Of a DNA stretch of 64,000 nucleotides, positions 7,699-15,994 are shown one piece after another (position 1 is the stretch's first letter; each line of letters starts with the position of its first letter). This stretch comes from Candidatus Microgenomates bacterium (GTDB lineage Bacteria; Patescibacteriota; Microgenomatia; Levybacterales; UBA12049). Position numbers and translations under genes: made by a program. The notes beneath the pieces were generated by a model. The model saw only the letters and a list, made by a program, of their open reading frames with translations. It had not been told where the DNA came from and made no database searches. Location of the stretch: contig JANWKV010000017.1 in the NCBI GenBank assembly GCA_025451195.1, forward strand, positions 2,471 through 66,470, written 5' to 3'.

Positions 7699-9468
7699 AT
7701 GGATAATCAAGATAAACAAAAATTAGAACATCTCAGACATTCCAGCGCCCATCTTTTAGCTGCAGCTGTAATTGACATTTGGCCACACGCCAAACAAACA
7801 ATCGGACCTGCGATAGAAAACGGGTTTTATGAGGATTTGGATTTGGGAGATATAAAAATTTCAGAGAAAGATTTTCCAAAAATTGAGCAGAAAATGCATG
7901 AAATAGTTAAAGGCTGGAAACAATTTGAAAGGATTGAAGTAAATAAAGAAGAGGCGTTAAAAGCTTTTTCAAAAAATGAATATAAACACGAACTCATTGA
8001 AGAATTTGCCAAGGATGGCAAAATCTTAACTATTTATAAATCAGGAGATTATGTAGATCTTTGCCGCGGAGGGCATGATATGGATCCGTCAAAAGATATT
8101 AAACATTTTAAACTTACGAAAATTGCCGGAGCATACTGGCGGGGATCGGAAAAGAACAAAATGTTAACAAGAATCTACGGGACTGCTTTTTATACAAAAG
8201 AAGATTTGGATAATTACTTAAAAATGCAGGAAGAAGCCGAAAAAAGAGATCATAAAAAAATAGGAAAAGAACTTGAGCTTTTTATATTTTCAGAAACATC
8301 TCCCGGGATGCCATATTTCTTGCCAAAGGGACTAATTGTTTTTAATGGACTACTAAATTTTTCAAGAAAAATGCATAAAGACTTTGGTTATGACGAAATC
8401 ATGACGCCTGTTATGTCCAAAAAGGCATTATACGAATCCTCCGGGCATTGGTTTCATTACAGAGAAGATATGTTTATTTCTCCAATGAGTTATCTTCGCA
8501 AGGATTCAAAAGACCCGTACGAGGGACAGGAAGTATTTGGCATAAAGCCCATGAATTGTCCCAATGCAATGACTGTTTTTGGATCAAAAACGCGAAGCTA
8601 CAGGGATTTGCCGATGCGGCTTGCAGAGACAACTGTTCTCCATAGATTTGAGCTTTCAGGAACACTGAATGGACTTTTTAGAGCAAGGGAATTTCATCAG
8701 GATGATTCTCATACATTTTTAGCGATTTCTCAAGTGGGGGAAGAGTTTGAAAAAATAATGGAAATGATTTCAATCTCTTATAGAGCATTTAATTTAAAAT
8801 ACAAGCTTAGATTTGGTACCAGACCGGAGAATTTTATGGGAGAGAGTAAAGACTGGGACATCGCAGAAAAAGAACTGCAAAAAGTTTTGGACAAATCCGG
8901 AGTTGAGTATTTTGTCGCCGAAGGTGAGGGAGCATTTTACGGACCAAAGGTAGATATTCTCATGAAGGATTCACTAGGCAGGGAATGGCAAACAGGTACA
9001 ATTCAACTTGATTTTCAGCAACCGAAGAATTTTAAACTTAAATATACAGATAACGAAGGTAAAGAAATTCAACCTGTTGTTTTCCATAAGGCAATTCTTG
9101 GATCGTTTGAGAGATTTATGGCTATTATTATTGAAGACTTGGAGGGTAAATTACCATTATGGCTTTCGCCTGTTCAGGTAGCGCTTTTGCCAATTACGGA
9201 CAGACACGAAGAATTTGCGAAAACCATAAGCGATCAACTAAAAACTATGGGCATTCGGACCATTGTTGACAGCAGCAAGGAAAGGCTTCAGGCCAAAATT
9301 CGTAACCACACTTTACAACGAACCCCGATTTTAGGTATAATAGGAGATAAAGAAATTGAGCAGAATGGTCTTTCCGTCAGAAGTAGAGATGGAAAAGACT
9401 TGGGGTTTCAAAAAATTGACGATTTTGTAGGTTTTTTACAAACACAAATTGATAAAAAGGTTTCATAG
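7699..9468 (+). CDS. thrS: Threonine--tRNA ligase
   Basis: LRHSSAH, DLCRGGH, RDHKKIG, KPMNCP, GAFYGPK, QLDF motifs. Confidence 0.97.
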   Translation: MDNQDKQKLEHLRHSSAHLLAAAVIDIWPHAKQTIGPAIENGFYEDLDLGDIKISEKDFPKIEQKMHEIVKGWKQFERIEVNKEEALKAFSKNEYKHELIEEFAKDGKILTIYKSGDYVDLCRGGHDMDPSKDIKHFKLTKIAGAYWRGSEKNKMLTRIYGTAFYTKEDLDNYLKMQEEAEKRDHKKIGKELELFIFSETSPGMPYFLPKGLIVFNGLLNFSRKMHKDFGYDEIMTPVMSKKALYESSGHWFHYREDMFISPMSYLRKDSKDPYEGQEVFGIKPMNCPNAMTVFGSKTRSYRDLPMRLAETTVLHRFELSGTLNGLFRAREFHQDDSHTFLAISQVGEEFEKIMEMISISYRAFNLKYKLRFGTRPENFMGESKDWDIAEKELQKVLDKSGVEYFVAEGEGAFYGPKVDILMKDSLGREWQTGTIQLDFQQPKNFKLKYTDNEGKEIQPVVFHKAILGSFERFMAIIIEDLEGKLPLWLSPVQVALLPITDRHEEFAKTISDQLKTMGIRTIVDSSKERLQAKIRNHTLQRTPILGIIGDKEIEQNGLSVRSRDGKDLGFQKIDDFVGFLQTQIDKKVS

Positions 9469-10078
9469 ACAATTAGATACGAGAAAACAGTACAGGATAA
9501 ATGAACGCATTTGGGCGACTCAGTTACGTGTTTTGGACAATGAGGGTAAACAAGTCGGAGTACTTACAAGACAAGAGGCTTTACAAAAAGCAAAAGAAGA
9601 GGGCTTAGACTTAGTAGAAATTGCCCCGCTTGCCAAACCGCCTGTAGCCAAGATAATTAATTTTAACAAATTTTTGTATCAGGAAGCCAAGAAAAAGCAG
9701 GGAGAAAAGAAAAAGGCAAAAGTTTCTGACACCAAAGAAGTACGTCTTGGACCTTTTATGAGCGACAATGACTTACAGGTGAAGGTAGACAGAACCAAAG
9801 GATTTCTGGAGGATGGAGATAAGGTAAGACTAATTGTAAGATTTAAAGGCAGGCAGATTATCCATCCGGAATTTGGACATAAAATATTGAACAAAGTTTT
9901 TCTTGTTTTGTCTGACATATCTAAAGTAGATAAAACGCCAAAACTTGAAGGAAAACAACTTATTGCCATTATTTCACCGGAGAAGAAAGGCAAAAAAGCA
10001 GTAACAGAAGATAAAGACACAAATGCAGAAGAAAAAAATATACAAGTTACGGGTAAAACAGAAAACAATACTGAATAA
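9449..10078 (+). CDS. infC: Translation initiation factor IF-3
   Basis: INERI, LDLVEI, PPVAKI, FKGRQ motifs; follows thrS; exact start uncertain. Confidence 0.95.
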   Translation: MIKRFHRQLDTRKQYRINERIWATQLRVLDNEGKQVGVLTRQEALQKAKEEGLDLVEIAPLAKPPVAKIINFNKFLYQEAKKKQGEKKKAKVSDTKEVRLGPFMSDNDLQVKVDRTKGFLEDGDKVRLIVRFKGRQIIHPEFGHKILNKVFLVLSDISKVDKTPKLEGKQLIAIISPEKKGKKAVTEDKDTNAEEKNIQVTGKTENNTE

Positions 10079-10087
10079 AGTAAATAT

Positions 10088-10282
10088 ATGAAAAAGAAAA
10101 TAAAAAGATCGGTATCCAGAAGATTTAAAATTACAAAAACAGGTAAGGTAATGTTTAGCCACCAATACGGACAACATCACTTTGCTGTAAAATCCGGAAG
10201 CAGAAAAAGAAGGCTTAAAGAACCGGCTGTTTTAGCTAGAGGATTTGCAAAAAAGATAAAGAAGATGATGGGATATTTATAA
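10088..10282 (+). CDS. rpmI: 50S ribosomal protein L35
   Basis: RFKITKTGK motif; position after infC. Confidence 0.93.
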   Translation: MKKKIKRSVSRRFKITKTGKVMFSHQYGQHHFAVKSGSRKRRLKEPAVLARGFAKKIKKMMGYL

Positions 10283-10286
10283 AAAT

Positions 10287-10430
10287 ATGGCAAAACGGGG
10301 CCGAAACATAAATTTCCGGGAAACAAAATCAGAAAGATCGGCAACAAAGTCATATACAAATTTTAGAAAAAACGAAAAAAACTTTAAAAACGAAAATAAA
10401 AGTAAATTAGATATTAACAAAACAAAATAA
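10287..10430 (+). CDS. Small basic protein, 47 aa (MAKRGRNINFRETKSERSATKSYTNFRKNEKNFKNENKSKLDINKTK)
   Basis: ATG..TAA ORF filling the rpmI-rplT gap (4 nt after rpmI, 1 nt before rplT); not in the ORF track. Confidence 0.55.
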   Translation: MAKRGRNINFRETKSERSATKSYTNFRKNEKNFKNENKSKLDINKTK

Positions 10431-10431
10431 T

Positions 10432-10782
10432 ATGAGAGTAACAAGAGGAAAAGTATCACATAGAAAACATAAAAAGCTCTTGGGCCTTGCAAAAGGTTAT
10501 AGGGGTAGCCGCAGTAGACTAGCGCGCACAGCCAAAGCAGCTGTTTTACATTCCGGCCAATACGCCTTTCAGGGTAGAAAAAATAAAAAAAGAGACTTTA
10601 GAGCTCTTTGGATTGTTCGAATTTCCGAAGCAGTTAAAAAAGAGGGAATTAACTACAGTACATTCATAAAAAATCTCAAAGCCTCAAAAATTATGTTGGA
10701 TAGAAAATCTCTTGCCGATTTGGTCTTAAACGATCCAAAAACATTCTCCGAAGTTGTCTCCAAAGTCTCCAAAAAATCCTAA
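10432..10782 (+). CDS. rplT: 50S ribosomal protein L20
   Basis: MRVTRG, AKGYRG, KKRDFRALWIVRI, LDRKSLADL motifs. Confidence 0.96.
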   Translation: MRVTRGKVSHRKHKKLLGLAKGYRGSRSRLARTAKAAVLHSGQYAFQGRKNKKRDFRALWIVRISEAVKKEGINYSTFIKNLKASKIMLDRKSLADLVLNDPKTFSEVVSKVSKKS

Positions 10783-10845
10783 GTTTTACCAATTTAAAAC
10801 ACCCTATAGTTGATAAATCCACCCAGTTTTAATATAATACGACAA

Positions 10846-12498
10846 ATGAAAAAGGAGGAACCTGTAGGTAGAACTAGGACACCTGGAACCGAGACAGAAA
10901 CGCAAAAACAAAGAGGTTTAGTAAAAACAGCCTCTGTTTTATCTTCAACTGGAGCATTATTAGATATACCAAGTAGAACGGTTGACTTTATTGCGGATGT
11001 TATTAGATATGGCGTAGATAAAAAGGAAGATTTTAGTCCTTACATTTCAAAAAGACGGGGCTGGAAAAGATTTGCTGCAAACATTCACGAAAACATTGCA
11101 GATCTGGATGATTACTTAAGTGGAGACGTAACTTATAAAGATATTGCAGCTAAAAGAAAGGTTGACGAAACTGCAATAGAACAGCGTATTCAAAAGACAC
11201 TTTATTTTTTGCGTGATGTTCTCTTAGCAACTCTTCCAGAAAGTATTCGATCTCAAAAAAGTATTGATTATGCGGTCTTACACGTAAGACATTTTCAAGA
11301 AACCCAGAGAAGAAGGCGCGAAGAAGCTGGAATAACCCCAACAACAAGAGTAAGACACTTTGACCAAACCGAAAGACTTCTTCAAATTGCACAAAGATCA
11401 AGTGAACTTGCAAGCCAGGGCTTGTCAAATACGCAAATTGCAAAAGCACTCCAACAAGATTTTCCCGGACTTAATGAGAACGCAATTAGATATGCTGAAA
11501 AACAATGGGCAGCAAGACAACAAGCGATAGCAGAAATGCCATTTGCCGATAAAGAACGCTTTGCAAACGGTTTAACGCTTATCAGACAACAAATAGAACA
11601 AGGATTATTCTTCCATCCGGATTTTACAGTTTATTCATTTATACGCGATGCGATACATTTCAACCTGGATAAAATTTTACTGAGCACACCCGTACAAATA
11701 AAAGCATTACGAAATATTCCGCGCATGATGGCAAATTTTGAAGGAGCAATAGGCCAGCACATGAGTACACCCGAGCTGGCAAAAGCTCAAGGGGTAACCG
11801 CCCAAAATATTTTGGAAGATGTTAAAAACCTAACCGAATTTTTACTTCGCTCAATGCCCCAAGAATTACAACAATGGTATAGAGGACAGGGATTAAGACT
11901 ACCAGGCCAACATGGGGACAGAACATTAATTCCAACTGCTGAGCAAAGGATTTTATGGAATAGACGCTATGAAGATCATGTTACAAGTTTTGAAGCCTCG
12001 CAAGAATTTTCTTCTCCTGAAGAATCAAGACAAACCGAACAGGATATACAGAGAATTGCTCTTCAGAAAATATTCCTTGCAGTATCTAAATCTGTCCCGG
12101 GAATTGCCATTTTCACTTATCAAATACCAACATTTGGTGTTAATCAAGAAATTCAAAATCCCCGCATAGGGTTTGTTTCGCGCGAGGATATTGCAATGGA
12201 AGATACACAAAACCTTTCCCACGAAGCACAAGTAGCTCTTGCCAAAGTTATGGGTGTAATTAGAAGTTCTCCTTCAACTCCTTCGTCAAGAGATAATGAC
12301 ACAATAGAAATTAATGAAAACCCTGGCGAAAATAACCAATTTACAAATCAACGGATGAAACGCGTTATTATAGCTATCGAAACTTCACGATGTAATTTTA
12401 CAAAAGACGAAAACGGTAATCTTATTGTCACAAACAAGAATGGTAACAAACTAACATCCTCGGAAGAAATAAGAAAAGTTATAGAATTGATTAGATAA
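10846..12498 (+). CDS. Hypothetical protein with several HTH-like segments
   Basis: Long ORF; ATG 10846 chosen because the track's TTG is the -35 of a TTGATA-17-TATAAT promoter; TYKDIA, SNTQIA and STPELA helices. Confidence 0.65.
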   Translation: MKKEEPVGRTRTPGTETETQKQRGLVKTASVLSSTGALLDIPSRTVDFIADVIRYGVDKKEDFSPYISKRRGWKRFAANIHENIADLDDYLSGDVTYKDIAAKRKVDETAIEQRIQKTLYFLRDVLLATLPESIRSQKSIDYAVLHVRHFQETQRRRREEAGITPTTRVRHFDQTERLLQIAQRSSELASQGLSNTQIAKALQQDFPGLNENAIRYAEKQWAARQQAIAEMPFADKERFANGLTLIRQQIEQGLFFHPDFTVYSFIRDAIHFNLDKILLSTPVQIKALRNIPRMMANFEGAIGQHMSTPELAKAQGVTAQNILEDVKNLTEFLLRSMPQELQQWYRGQGLRLPGQHGDRTLIPTAEQRILWNRRYEDHVTSFEASQEFSSPEESRQTEQDIQRIALQKIFLAVSKSVPGIAIFTYQIPTFGVNQEIQNPRIGFVSREDIAMEDTQNLSHEAQVALAKVMGVIRSSPSTPSSRDNDTIEINENPGENNQFTNQRMKRVIIAIETSRCNFTKDENGNLIVTNKNGNKLTSSEEIRKVIELIR

Positions 12499-12698
12499 AA
12501 TGGTTATAGAAATCATTCTCAAGATTTTCAAAAAATTCTAACTACGTTTTTCTAAACTTAGCCAAAAGTTGTAATTTCTACTATAAATTGTAAATTATAG
12601 TGTCTCATTATACTTACTTTTCTTTCCAATTCAAAAACTTTCTAATTGGGATTAGGAAAAGTTATGCTCTAATACTTAATCTTGCTTAATTGACTTTC

Positions 12699-12723
12699 GC
12701 AAAATCGAGCATGAGTGGTATAA
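12699..12723 (+). repeat. Dispersed intergenic repeat, copy 1 (upstream of pheS)
   Basis: GCAAAATCGAGCATGAGTGGTATAA, 23/25 identical to 46966-46990. Confidence 0.65.
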
Positions 12724-12730
12724 TTGCCCC

Positions 12731-13792
12731 ATGGAAGAAAATTTGTTGCAAATAAAAAATGACGCGCTTTCTCTAATCTTTGAAACAGAAGATCCAAAAA
12801 GTTTGGAGGAATTAAAATTACAATTTTTAGGTCGCAGTGGTCGGTTAACCCTGGCTTTTAAAGAAATTGCAGGATTGCCTCTGGAAAAACGAGCCGAAAT
12901 TGGAAAACTGGGAAATGAAATAAAAAAAGTAATTGAAGACGCAATTGCAGACCGGGCAATGGAGCTTAAAAAATCCGCACAAAAAAAACAGAAAAATAAT
13001 CTTGATATTACAAATCCTGGCATAAAACCTCCTCTTGGTCATTTACATTTAGTAACTCAAGCAATTGAAGAAATTACAAGTATCTTTGAGAAAATTGGTA
13101 TAACAAGGGTCAGGTACCCGGAAGTGGAATGGGATTATTATGCATTTACAGCTCTCAATTTCCCGGCTAATCACCCGGCCCGAGATGACTGGGAAACGTT
13201 TTTTACAACAGACAACACAGATAGTAAAAAAGGTCAAATTGTTTTAACGCCGCATACCAGTAACGGCCAGGTAAGAGAAATGGAAAAAGCTGTTGAAGAA
13301 AGTAAAAAAACAAAAATGCCAATAAATATAAGAATGCTAAATATTGCCAAATGTTACCGCAGACAGTCCGACGTTTCCCATACCCAAATGTTTCATCAGT
13401 TTGAAGGGCTAGTTGTTGGAAAAAATATTTCCATATCACATTTAAAAGGAGTTTTGGAATATTTTGTTAAATCATATTTTGGCGAAAAAAGAGAATTTAG
13501 AATAAGACCTTATCATTTTCAGTTTACAGAGCCTTCTTTTGAAATAGATGTTACGTGTGGAGTGTGTCTTGGCAAAGGATGCAAACTTTGCAAAGCAGGT
13601 TGGCTGGAAATGGGAGGCGCTGGAATGGTACATCCAAACGTATTAAATTATGGAAAAATTGATCCAACAATTTATACGGGCTTTGCTTTTGGTTGGGGAG
13701 TAGAAAGGGTTTTGATGATGAAAGAAGGAATAGAAATTGATGATCTTCGCCTTTTGTATAGCAATAAATTAGAGTTTTTAGAACAGTTTTAG
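12731..13792 (+). CDS. pheS: Phenylalanine--tRNA ligase alpha subunit
   Basis: HPARD, HTS, FHQFEG, FQFTEPS, GAGMVHP, GFAFGWGVER motifs. Confidence 0.97.
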   Translation: MEENLLQIKNDALSLIFETEDPKSLEELKLQFLGRSGRLTLAFKEIAGLPLEKRAEIGKLGNEIKKVIEDAIADRAMELKKSAQKKQKNNLDITNPGIKPPLGHLHLVTQAIEEITSIFEKIGITRVRYPEVEWDYYAFTALNFPANHPARDDWETFFTTDNTDSKKGQIVLTPHTSNGQVREMEKAVEESKKTKMPINIRMLNIAKCYRRQSDVSHTQMFHQFEGLVVGKNISISHLKGVLEYFVKSYFGEKREFRIRPYHFQFTEPSFEIDVTCGVCLGKGCKLCKAGWLEMGGAGMVHPNVLNYGKIDPTIYTGFAFGWGVERVLMMKEGIEIDDLRLLYSNKLEFLEQF

Positions 13793-13793
13793 T

Positions 13794-15779
13794 ATGGATA
13801 TTAAGATATTGGATTCTCATCTCAGAGAACACTTACAAACAAATGCTAAACCGACAGATATAGCGCGGGTTCTTTCACTCACGAGCGCATCTATAGAACG
13901 GGTTGAAAAATTCGGCGCGAGTACGGATTTTGTTTATTCTGTTGAAATAACAACCAACAGGCCGGATATGGTATCTGTGCGGGGCATAGCGCGTGAAGCA
14001 GCAACTGTATTGCCGCAATTTGGTTTTAGCGCAAAACTTTTACCTCTGGACCTAAAAGTTCCAAAACTAGAAACGAAAGATAAACTTACAATTGATATTA
14101 AAAACGATCCAAAACTTGTCTACAGAATTTGCGCGGTTATTATGGAAGTGGAAATGAAGGATTCTCCAAAATACATTAAAGAAAGGCTGGAAGCAGCCGG
14201 CATTAGAAGCTTAAATAATATTATAGATGTTACAAATTACATAATGCTGGAAATGGGACACCCATCACATGTATTTGATTATGACAGGCTACATACTAAA
14301 AGATTAATTATCCGGGAATCTAAAAAAGGTGAAAAAGTGGTTACTCTTGATAAAAAAGAACATACGCTTCTTGGTGGCGATATTATTGCGGACAACGGTA
14401 AAGGTGAAATTATTGATTTACTTGGAGTAATGGGAACATTAAATAGTGTTGTGACAAATAATACAAAACGTATTTTATTTTTTCTGGACAATAACGATCC
14501 GTGGAAAATCAGGAAAACCTCAATGGGACTTGCAATCCGCACAGAAGCAGCCGCTTTAAACGAAAAAGGGGTGGATGCTGAGTTAGCATATAATGCACTT
14601 TTAAGAGGAGTCGAAATTTATAAAAAAGACGCAAACGCAAAAGTTGCATCAGATATAATTGATATCTATCCCAAAAAAAATAAACCTACAACAATTAAGA
14701 CGACAGGTAAAAAAATCTCCCAATCAATTGGCGTTGAAGTTCCCGTAAAAAAATCCGTAGAAATTCTAAAATCTTTGGGTTTTGATGTAAAAGGAGCAGG
14801 GGATGTACTTTACGCTACACCTCCAACATGGCGGGAAAAAGATGTAACAATTGAAGAAGACTTGGTTGAAGAAGTTGCGAGGGTTTACGGGTATCATAAT
14901 ATTCCGAGCAAGCTTCCTACCTTTGACCGTGCAACCTATTATCACTTAGATAAAAGCCAGTTTTACTGGGAGCAAAAAATAAAGAATGCACTAAGGGATT
15001 GGGGCTTTACCGAAGTTTACACTTATTCTTTGGTTGCTAAAAATCTGCTAACAAATCCTTTGGAAAAAGTGGTAACACTACGAAATCCGCTAGATGAGGA
15101 GCATGTTTATTTAAGAACAGGTCTTTCGACAAGTCTTGCCGCTGTACTTCAGGAAAATAAGATAATGGAAAATGTATGTATTTTTGAGTTGGCAAACGTT
15201 TATAAAAAACAGGTAAAGGTATTACCAAAAGAAATTCTTACTCTTGGGATTCTAATAAAGGGAAAAATGCAAAATGGAGAAACTGTAAATTTTTACCATG
15301 CAAAAGGAATTGTTGAAGAAGTAGCAGTAATCCTTGGTGTTAAGAATTTGAAATTTTATGAACACTTAGAAAATAAAACAGGAGCATACGTTAACATAGG
15401 AGATGAAGAGCTTGGGGAAATAACAATTTTTGATAACATAGACGGTAAAGGCGTAATAGTTGAACTGAATTTTGATCTACTAAGAACGCACGCCAATGCA
15501 AAAAAAACATACACACCACTTCCAAAATATCCGCCTGTTGTCGAAGATATTACGATAGTTGTCGAACCGAACATTAAAACGGGCGATATTATTGATACTA
15601 TAAAAAAACAAAGTTCTCTAGTTAACGAAGTTATACTTTCCGGAACATACCAAAATTCACGTACGTTTCATATTTTATATCTTGATAAAAATAAAAACCT
15701 TACAACAGAAGATGTAGCAAAAATCAGAGAGAAAATAACAAAGATACTTTCAGAAAAATTCTCCGCAGTAGTAAAATAA
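13794..15779 (+). CDS. pheT: Phenylalanine--tRNA ligase beta subunit (short form)
   Basis: ITTNRPD, B3/4 domain, EDLVEEVARVYGY, C-terminal FDX-ACB; follows pheS. Confidence 0.95.
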   Translation: MDIKILDSHLREHLQTNAKPTDIARVLSLTSASIERVEKFGASTDFVYSVEITTNRPDMVSVRGIAREAATVLPQFGFSAKLLPLDLKVPKLETKDKLTIDIKNDPKLVYRICAVIMEVEMKDSPKYIKERLEAAGIRSLNNIIDVTNYIMLEMGHPSHVFDYDRLHTKRLIIRESKKGEKVVTLDKKEHTLLGGDIIADNGKGEIIDLLGVMGTLNSVVTNNTKRILFFLDNNDPWKIRKTSMGLAIRTEAAALNEKGVDAELAYNALLRGVEIYKKDANAKVASDIIDIYPKKNKPTTIKTTGKKISQSIGVEVPVKKSVEILKSLGFDVKGAGDVLYATPPTWREKDVTIEEDLVEEVARVYGYHNIPSKLPTFDRATYYHLDKSQFYWEQKIKNALRDWGFTEVYTYSLVAKNLLTNPLEKVVTLRNPLDEEHVYLRTGLSTSLAAVLQENKIMENVCIFELANVYKKQVKVLPKEILTLGILIKGKMQNGETVNFYHAKGIVEEVAVILGVKNLKFYEHLENKTGAYVNIGDEELGEITIFDNIDGKGVIVELNFDLLRTHANAKKTYTPLPKYPPVVEDITIVVEPNIKTGDIIDTIKKQSSLVNEVILSGTYQNSRTFHILYLDKNKNLTTEDVAKIREKITKILSEKFSAVVK

Positions 15780-15804
15780 AGAATACATTTCGCAGCTTTA
15801 TAGC

Positions 15805-15936
15805 CAACTGCCTGTCACAATTTAAAGATGACGTTCGCTCCATGTTCACTAAAGGAAATTTGATTTCCTATCTTAAAAGACTTTATGCTAATATCGCAAT
15901 CAAATTTCGATTCATTTTAAATTGAACAACCAGTTG
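15805..15936. repeat. Nested imperfect inverted repeat between convergent pheT and PBP genes
   Basis: CAACTG..CAATTTAAAGATGA / TCATTTTAAATTG..CAGTTG outer arms; GAAATTTGATT/AATCAAATTTC inner arms. Confidence 0.6.
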
Positions 15937-15994
15937 TATTTTATTTATTTGAAGCTTTGAAATTCTATTATTGATTTGCTTATTTGGATTACTC

